From a virus: a stretch of DNA of 38,329 bases. This document shows positions 33,895 to 38,329 of the stretch, piece after piece (the stretch's first letter is position 1; the number at the start of each line of letters is the position of its first letter). The notes under the pieces were generated by a model. The model worked only from the letters and a program-made list of their open reading frames with translations. It made no database searches and had not been told where the DNA came from. The stretch lies in UHGV virus genome UHGV-1488451. One strand, given 5' to 3'. The position numbers and the translations under genes are program-made.

Positions 33895-34322
33895 TGGTTG
33901 CCCTCCTTATTGGGGTTTACGACGTAGATTTCGTAGCCTCGGCCGTAGAACCCGTTGTCTTCGTAGCCTTTGGCGGTGATGATTTCGGTGGCCTTGACTT
34001 CAGACTCTGCCCACACGAACACTCGAACGATGTGGTCGCCGATTGCGTTGTAATCCTGGGTGAGGTCTTCTTCGGCGATCTTCACGCCGGTGATTGCATG
34101 GTCGTAGGGCGCAAGGCGGCTTATCCACCAGTTCCCCGCGCTGCAGCCTCCGCAGCCCTCGTTGCCTACGGTGTAAAGTCGGACACCGTTGTCGAGGATG
34201 AGGGCTTCATCGTCGTCATCGACTTCAACGATTTTACGGCCGATGAGAAGTTCTTTGAGGTCTTCGAGGCTTTCACCATCGATTTTCTTATCCCAGTCGC
34301 CTTCGTAGTGGTTGAAGGTCAT
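33891..34322 (-). CDS. Hypothetical protein
   Basis: 143-aa ORF; contains GCGGCSAGNWW; no recognised family. Confidence 0.45.
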   Translation of the reverse strand: MTFNHYEGDWDKKIDGESLEDLKELLIGRKIVEVDDDDEALILDNGVRLYTVGNEGCGGCSAGNWWISRLAPYDHAITGVKIAEEDLTQDYNAIGDHIVRVFVWAESEVKATEIITAKGYEDNGFYGRGYEIYVVNPNKEGNQ

Positions 34323-34579
34323 TGTTCAAGCTCCTTTGCTTCCGTAATGCCGTCTTTGGTGAGCAGGTGGGTTACACCACGGGGGTGGTTGTCCATGTTG
34401 ATTGCGGCGGGCTGGAAAATCCCCACCCATTCGCCGCTTATGTGCTTTTTCACCAGGTCTTGGCACTGCATGTACGTTTCGGCCTGCACCGCCAAGATCA
34501 TGTCAGGGTGGGCGGGCGCCCACTCAGGGTGCGTGTTTTTACGGTACTTCTCGTGAAATATCACGTAAAGGGTTTTCAT
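34319..34579 (-). CDS. Hypothetical protein
   Basis: 86-aa ORF, translationally coupled to neighbours. Confidence 0.4.
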   Translation of the reverse strand: MKTLYVIFHEKYRKNTHPEWAPAHPDMILAVQAETYMQCQDLVKKHISGEWVGIFQPAAINMDNHPRGVTHLLTKDGITEAKELEQ

Positions 34580-35586
34580 AGCTTTGCTTTCAGGTTCGGG
34601 CGCAGCATGACCCCACCGCGTGAGGTTGCTGCGCGGGTAGCGATGGTGGTTTCACCCATGAGGGCTTTTTTGGCGTTGCCCATGCGGTCAAGCAGCCTGG
34701 TTTTCGCCGCTGTCGCTGCCTGCGCGGCGGCTTTCTCCATGCGCAGGGCGGTGAGGATTTCTTCGGCCTCGGCAGGGGTGAGCTGCACTTCCTCATCCGG
34801 GTTGATGTCCGTATGCAGGCCCCGCACTGTTTGGTAGGTGCTGGTCGTGTCATCAAGCGGCGGCGGAGTGTCTTCCTGCAGGGATGCCCACCAGCCTTTG
34901 GCCACGTCCACCAGCCCGTCGAACAGGTCAGCGTCCCAGGGGATTTCATGTTCCTCGGCTTGGTGGAACGGCCCCAGCACAAGAACACTTGCCTGGTGAA
35001 TGCCGCTGACTCCCATTTGCCACACCACTTGCGTGTGGTAATCCGCTGGCACACTGTCTGGTTCGCCGGGTTTCCCCCAGTCGTCGAGGCTTCTAGCGGT
35101 TTTGCATTCCAGGATTCGGAATGCCCTGCCCCTGCGTGCCCTGCGGTCGAGTGTGGCCAGGTTGGGGAATGGCAGGTCATCACGGGTGTAGGCGACTTCC
35201 CCGGCGTTTAGTTGCCATGTTTTGGGTTGGCGGCGTGCCCACCAGTCAGCTAGCGCCAACTCGGCGGCGTGCCCCCAGTCCGCAATGTCTTGTTTCATCG
35301 GGGTTGGCGGGATTCGGCCGGCCATTTCGTGCCACAGGGTGTATTGGCTGGTGAATCTGCTGACTCCGAGGATTGCTGGGATTTTCGACGCGGTGATCAT
35401 TCCCCGCCATTCGTCGGAGCCTGGCGGCGGGGGATTCTTGACGGTTCGGCTTGTCATCGTCACAGCACCAGGATTAGCGACAGTGTGAAGATCAGGGTGC
35501 ATAGCGCACCGAGGATTGCGATGCTGATGACTGGTGGTGGTTCTTGGAATCGTTGTGGGGGTTTGCGGTGGGTCATAGTAGTTCAC
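34576..35586 (-). CDS. YqaJ-like (lambda-exonuclease-type) recombination exonuclease
   Basis: ITASKIPAILGVSRFTSQYTLWHEM and ILECKTARSLDDWG...QVVWQMGVSG match the YqaJ PD-(D/E)XK pattern; true start probably an internal Met. Confidence 0.7.
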   Translation of the reverse strand: MNYYDPPQTPTTIPRTTTSHQHRNPRCAMHPDLHTVANPGAVTMTSRTVKNPPPPGSDEWRGMITASKIPAILGVSRFTSQYTLWHEMAGRIPPTPMKQDIADWGHAAELALADWWARRQPKTWQLNAGEVAYTRDDLPFPNLATLDRRARRGRAFRILECKTARSLDDWGKPGEPDSVPADYHTQVVWQMGVSGIHQASVLVLGPFHQAEEHEIPWDADLFDGLVDVAKGWWASLQEDTPPPLDDTTSTYQTVRGLHTDINPDEEVQLTPAEAEEILTALRMEKAAAQAATAAKTRLLDRMGNAKKALMGETTIATRAATSRGGVMLRPNLKAKL

Positions 35587-35848
35587 CTACTTCGAATGTG
35601 CGGTCAATGTATTTGGTGGGGTTGAGTACGACATCGGCTAGGGTGTCGTGAAAGCCGCAGAGGAACAGGTCACTGTCCGGGGCTTGTTTGCGGTCGCAGC
35701 CGGTGTAACAGCATGTCTTCTCCTCTGCCCCTGGTTTTGGGCAGGGGTTGGGGGCTAGCATGAGTTCGATTTTCCGGCGGATTGCGGCTACCCTGCTCGG
35801 GGCTATTACCCTGCGCCCTGGGCGTTGGGGTGCCTCGTCGTCTAGCAT
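35573..35848 (-). CDS. Cys-rich small protein (hypothetical)
   Basis: 91 aa; CPKPGAEEKTCCYTGC...LFLCGFH suggests a metal-binding motif. Confidence 0.35.
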   Translation of the reverse strand: MLDDEAPQRPGRRVIAPSRVAAIRRKIELMLAPNPCPKPGAEEKTCCYTGCDRKQAPDSDLFLCGFHDTLADVVLNPTKYIDRTFEVGELL

Positions 35849-35985
35849 GCTGTGAGGTCTTCCATGTGCAGCACGTCTATGAGGTTAACCAGGGCGTTTT
35901 TGATGTTCTGGTTGCTGTCGATCTCCGGCTGGTACACCTTGTGGAGGATGTGCACGGCGTCTTGGAGCTGTTCGAGTTTGCTCAT
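35842..35985 (-). CDS. Small hypothetical protein (47 aa)
   Basis: Manual translation MSKLEQLQDAVHILHKVYQPEIDSNQNIKNALVNLIDVLHMEDLTAC; its stop overlaps the ATG of the next gene; below ORF-track cutoff. Confidence 0.3.
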   Translation of the reverse strand: MSKLEQLQDAVHILHKVYQPEIDSNQNIKNALVNLIDVLHMEDLTAC

Positions 35986-35988
35986 CAC

Positions 35989-36249
35989 TTATCCCACCCA
36001 CTCCCTGGCCATGAGGCCGAGCATGAACGCGACCAGCACCATCGCCCCGATGCTGAGTGCCCCGAGGATTTCCCCCACGGTCATTTCCTCATTGGTGGAG
36101 CCGTGTTTCGGTGCGCGGCTTTCGCGTTCGGTGAGCACCCCAACCGCGCGGGCAAGCGCGGTTTCCGGGTCGTTTTCTTTCGCCCTCATGGCTTGCCCCG
36201 CAGGGTGCCGAAGACGGGCAAGCTCATACTCAAACTGCTTATCGGTCAT
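35989..36249 (-). CDS. Small membrane protein (hypothetical)
   Basis: 86 aa; C-terminal hydrophobic segment VGEILGALSIGAMVLVAFMLGLMA. Confidence 0.4.
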   Translation of the reverse strand: MTDKQFEYELARLRHPAGQAMRAKENDPETALARAVGVLTERESRAPKHGSTNEEMTVGEILGALSIGAMVLVAFMLGLMAREWVG

Positions 36250-36473
36250 GCTGTTTCCTTCATGTATTCAATGGCTGTGCGGTAGCTGATCAGGATGCGC
36301 GCTCCGGGGCGGCGTTGGCTTGCGGGGAGTTCGCCGGAGCGAATCAGGTTGCGGATGGTGCTGTGGTGGAACCCGGTTAGCCTGCAGAACTCTCCGACGG
36401 TGAGCCATGTTTTCTTTTCCCCGAACAGGGCTTCAATGTCGTCGAGGGTTTGCTTTTCGATTTGGTCTAGCAT
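36246..36473 (-). CDS. HTH DNA-binding protein, excisionase/MerR-like family
   Basis: LTVGEFCRLTGFHHSTIRNLIRSGELPA...GARILISY matches the excisionase-family HTH pattern. Confidence 0.6.
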   Translation of the reverse strand: MLDQIEKQTLDDIEALFGEKKTWLTVGEFCRLTGFHHSTIRNLIRSGELPASQRRPGARILISYRTAIEYMKETA

Positions 36474-37390
36474 TAGTTGCTCTCCTCAAACATGTCGTTG
36501 ATTGCGAAGAAGCCTTGGTTGCGTTCGATTGGGAGGTTTTTGCGTTCCCCGATGTTTTCCCGCCGGACTGTGACCGTGCCGAAGCAGTCGCCGTTGTTGG
36601 CGACGAATGGTGTGAGGGTGCTTTCGGTTGAGGTGGTGAGGATGGTGGCGTCTTTGATGTGCTTGATGCGTGTGGTGTTGATGCGCATTGGGGGCACAAT
36701 ATCGGGGGCTTTGGCGTTGAATGCGGCTTGCGCTCGGTGGATTACACCATCAATCCAGTCGTGTTTGCTTGCCCGGAACACGCGGTATTTCATTTGGTGT
36801 TTGGTTGCGGCGATGAGTTTACGGCGCGTGACGAACAGGGTGATTGACTGTTTTGATTTGGGGATTTTCGCCACCCATGTGTTGAGGATGTGCAGCTCTT
36901 CGGCGGGTAGCAGGATTTCCGTGTCGTGTGGGAGGCTGTCGTCAAGCATCCCCACCCTGTGTGTCACTGTGACGTTTTTATCTGTGGCGATGATGAACGC
37001 CTCGGAGTCCTTCACTATGAGCTTCATCTGCTGAACTTCATCATCCCCGTCGGTTTCCTTCGACGTCGCAACCGGATACACCGCAGCCAAAGCCTGCTTC
37101 AAAACCGGCTGCTCGCACCGCACAATCGCAAACCCGCGATCAAGGTTCTTGTCCTCCAGATCGCCCCGGAGAACCGCCCACTCGAACACCCCTTGCAGGT
37201 GCTCGAAGCGCGCGTCGATGAACTGCTTGCACTCGTCAGGCAGCATGCCGCGTTCAATCAGTTTGCCGGGGTTGTTCATCACCCATTGTTGAATGATCTT
37301 CTCGATGTCTTCGGTTTGGATGTTGAGCTTTGGGTATGCGCTTCGGAAGGCTTCGAGTGTTTCTTCGGTGGTGTAGGTATAGTGGGGCAT
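36473..37390 (-). CDS. Hypothetical protein (305 aa), no recognised family
   Basis: ATG at 37390 with strong SD AAGGAGGAG; the ORF-track N-terminal extension to 37495 overlaps a terminator hairpin. Confidence 0.5.
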   Translation of the reverse strand: MPHYTYTTEETLEAFRSAYPKLNIQTEDIEKIIQQWVMNNPGKLIERGMLPDECKQFIDARFEHLQGVFEWAVLRGDLEDKNLDRGFAIVRCEQPVLKQALAAVYPVATSKETDGDDEVQQMKLIVKDSEAFIIATDKNVTVTHRVGMLDDSLPHDTEILLPAEELHILNTWVAKIPKSKQSITLFVTRRKLIAATKHQMKYRVFRASKHDWIDGVIHRAQAAFNAKAPDIVPPMRINTTRIKHIKDATILTTSTESTLTPFVANNGDCFGTVTVRRENIGERKNLPIERNQGFFAINDMFEESN

Positions 37391-37409
37391 TGTCTCCTCC
37401 TTGGAGTCG

Positions 37410-37456
37410 AAAAGGGCACCTGAACCAGTGATTGGCGTTACAAGTTTCAGGTGCCC
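37410..37456 (-). terminator. Rho-independent terminator/attenuator between small HTH gene and 305-aa gene
   Basis: Perfect 11-bp inverted repeat GGGCACCTGAA / TTCAGGTGCCC followed by TTTT on minus strand. Confidence 0.5.
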
Positions 37457-37481
37457 GCGTTTGTGTGTGAAGGGTTTTAGG

Positions 37482-37727
37482 TTAGATGTTGACAAGATCG
37501 AACCACCCGACCAGGTAGTCTGAGTCGCCCATCATGGTTGCAATGCGGAGGGCGTCGGCGGCGGTGACGTATTTCCGGCCATGCCTAAAAAGCTCCAAAT
37601 CCGATACCTGGTATCCGAGTGTGGCCGCCAACCGTTCATCGGTGTTCAGGTTCAGCATGTGCGCAATGTTTTCTAGCGCGCCGCGCCGGAATCGGTATTT
37701 AGGCGCGGTCATTGTCATCACTGTCAT
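37482..37727 (-). CDS. Small HTH DNA-binding protein (Cro/XRE-like candidate)
   Basis: 81 aa; HTH-like segment RLAATLGYQVSDLELFRHGRKYVTAADALRIA. Confidence 0.5.
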   Translation of the reverse strand: MTVMTMTAPKYRFRRGALENIAHMLNLNTDERLAATLGYQVSDLELFRHGRKYVTAADALRIATMMGDSDYLVGWFDLVNI

Positions 37728-38329
37728 TGGCTTCTCCTTTGTCTTCCTTCTCTGGTTTCCATGATTCGGCGCGAATGGCGATCATGTCGTGGATTGCTTG
37801 GTATTCGGCTTGCCAGCGTTCTTGTGTGGCTTCGTCGTGGCGCTTCCAGTAGTTGGCGCGGCGTTCGGCGACGGCTTGCATCATTGTGGTTAGGGTGCCT
37901 TCCCAGCATCCGATGCAGACGAATATTTCATCGGTTCCGGTGTGCGCCGCAGTTACCCAGCGGCTTTCTACTCCTGCAGGGCCAGCAACGAAGATGTGTT
38001 GTTTTTGGAACACCTCCGCGTTGCCGGACACCCGCGCGTTGCCGGACACCCACGCGTTGCCGGACACCCGCGCGTTGCCGGACACCCACGCGTTGCCGGA
38101 CACCCGCGCGTCGCCGGACACCCACGCGTTGCCGGACACCCACGCGTCGCCGGACACCCACGCGTCGCCGAACACCCACGCGTCGCCGAACACCCGCGCG
38201 TCGCCGGACACCCACGCGTTGCCGGACACCCACGCGTCGCCGAACACCCGCGCGTCGCCGGACACCCACGCGTTGCCGGACAAGTTCGATTCCTTTTCAA
38301 TGAAACCGCCGAGTTCGCCTTTATCCACA
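37699..38329 (-). CDS. C-terminal portion of hexapeptide-repeat protein (about 15 repeats plus about 95-aa C-terminal domain); 5' end continues beyond window end
   Basis: ORF-track GTG at 38328 is an edge artefact; the frame remains open to the window edge and matches the N-terminal part at window start. Confidence 0.6.
   Translation of the reverse strand, partial: VDKGELGGFIEKESNLSGNAWVSGDARVFGDAWVSGNAWVSGDARVFGDAWVFGDAWVSGDAWVSGNAWVSGDARVSGNAWVSGNARVSGNAWVSGNARVSGNAEVFQKQHIFVAGPAGVESRWVTAAHTGTDEIFVCIGCWEGTLTTMMQAVAERRANYWKRHDEATQERWQAEYQAIHDMIAIRAESWKPEKEDKGEANDSDDNDRA
38008..38277. repeat. 18-bp tandem repeat array, about 15 units with A/G and C/T variants, encoding [W/R]V[S/F]G[D/N]A hexapeptides
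   Basis: Direct reading; protein NAWVSG DARVFG DAWVSG ... NARVSG. Confidence 0.9.

Larger units (their letters stand above)
1..38329. mobile_element. Temperate siphovirus-like phage genome (integrase + attP, HK97-type head module, long tape measure, lysis cassette), circularly permuted in this window
   Basis: Contiguous phage module order; integrase and attP-like site are internal and intact; window ends are near-identical and lie within one gene. Confidence 0.8.

Noticed and set aside
37391-37495. N-terminal extension of the 340-aa ORF (start at 37495, MSTSNLKPFTHK...)
   Set aside because: It overlaps the upstream HTH gene and a terminator hairpin; the ATG at 37390 has a strong SD and is the more plausible start.
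1-38329. Window as an integrated prophage with attL/attR at its ends
   Set aside because: The terminal repeats are inside a coding gene and the integrase plus attP-like site are intact and internal, which fits a free or circularised phage genome.

Overview
This GC-rich 38.3 kb window reads as one complete genome of a temperate siphovirus-like phage, probably from a high-GC Gram-positive (actinobacterial-type) host; that host guess is inference from composition only. All calls rest on manual translation and motif recognition; no database search, structure prediction or repeat finder was run, and exact start codons are often uncertain. Layout: a rightward lysogeny arm (HTH regulator, small ORFs, excisionase-like protein, tyrosine integrase at 3011-4135) ends at an attP-like site carrying the 3' half of a tRNA. 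Almost everything else is on the minus strand: early genes (HTH regulators, YqaJ-like exonuclease, RecT, SSB, O-like replication protein with internal iteron-like repeats, RusA, HNH), then terminase, portal, prohead protease, HK97-type capsid, tail genes with a 2171-aa tape measure, and a lysis cassette. The window's two ends are 124 bp of near-identical sequence (3 mismatches) lying inside one gene, so the window wraps a circular or concatemeric unit of about 38.2 kb. The most unusual element is that junction-spanning gene, which the ORF track missed at the window start: an SLT-like transglycosylase domain paralogous to the one inside the tape measure, fused to about 15 tandem 18-bp (hexapeptide) repeats. 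Other notable points are a keto-skewed 2 kb island at 29.3-31.2 kb, a P-loop domain fused to the prohead protease, and a canonical -1 frameshift site in the tail assembly chaperone.
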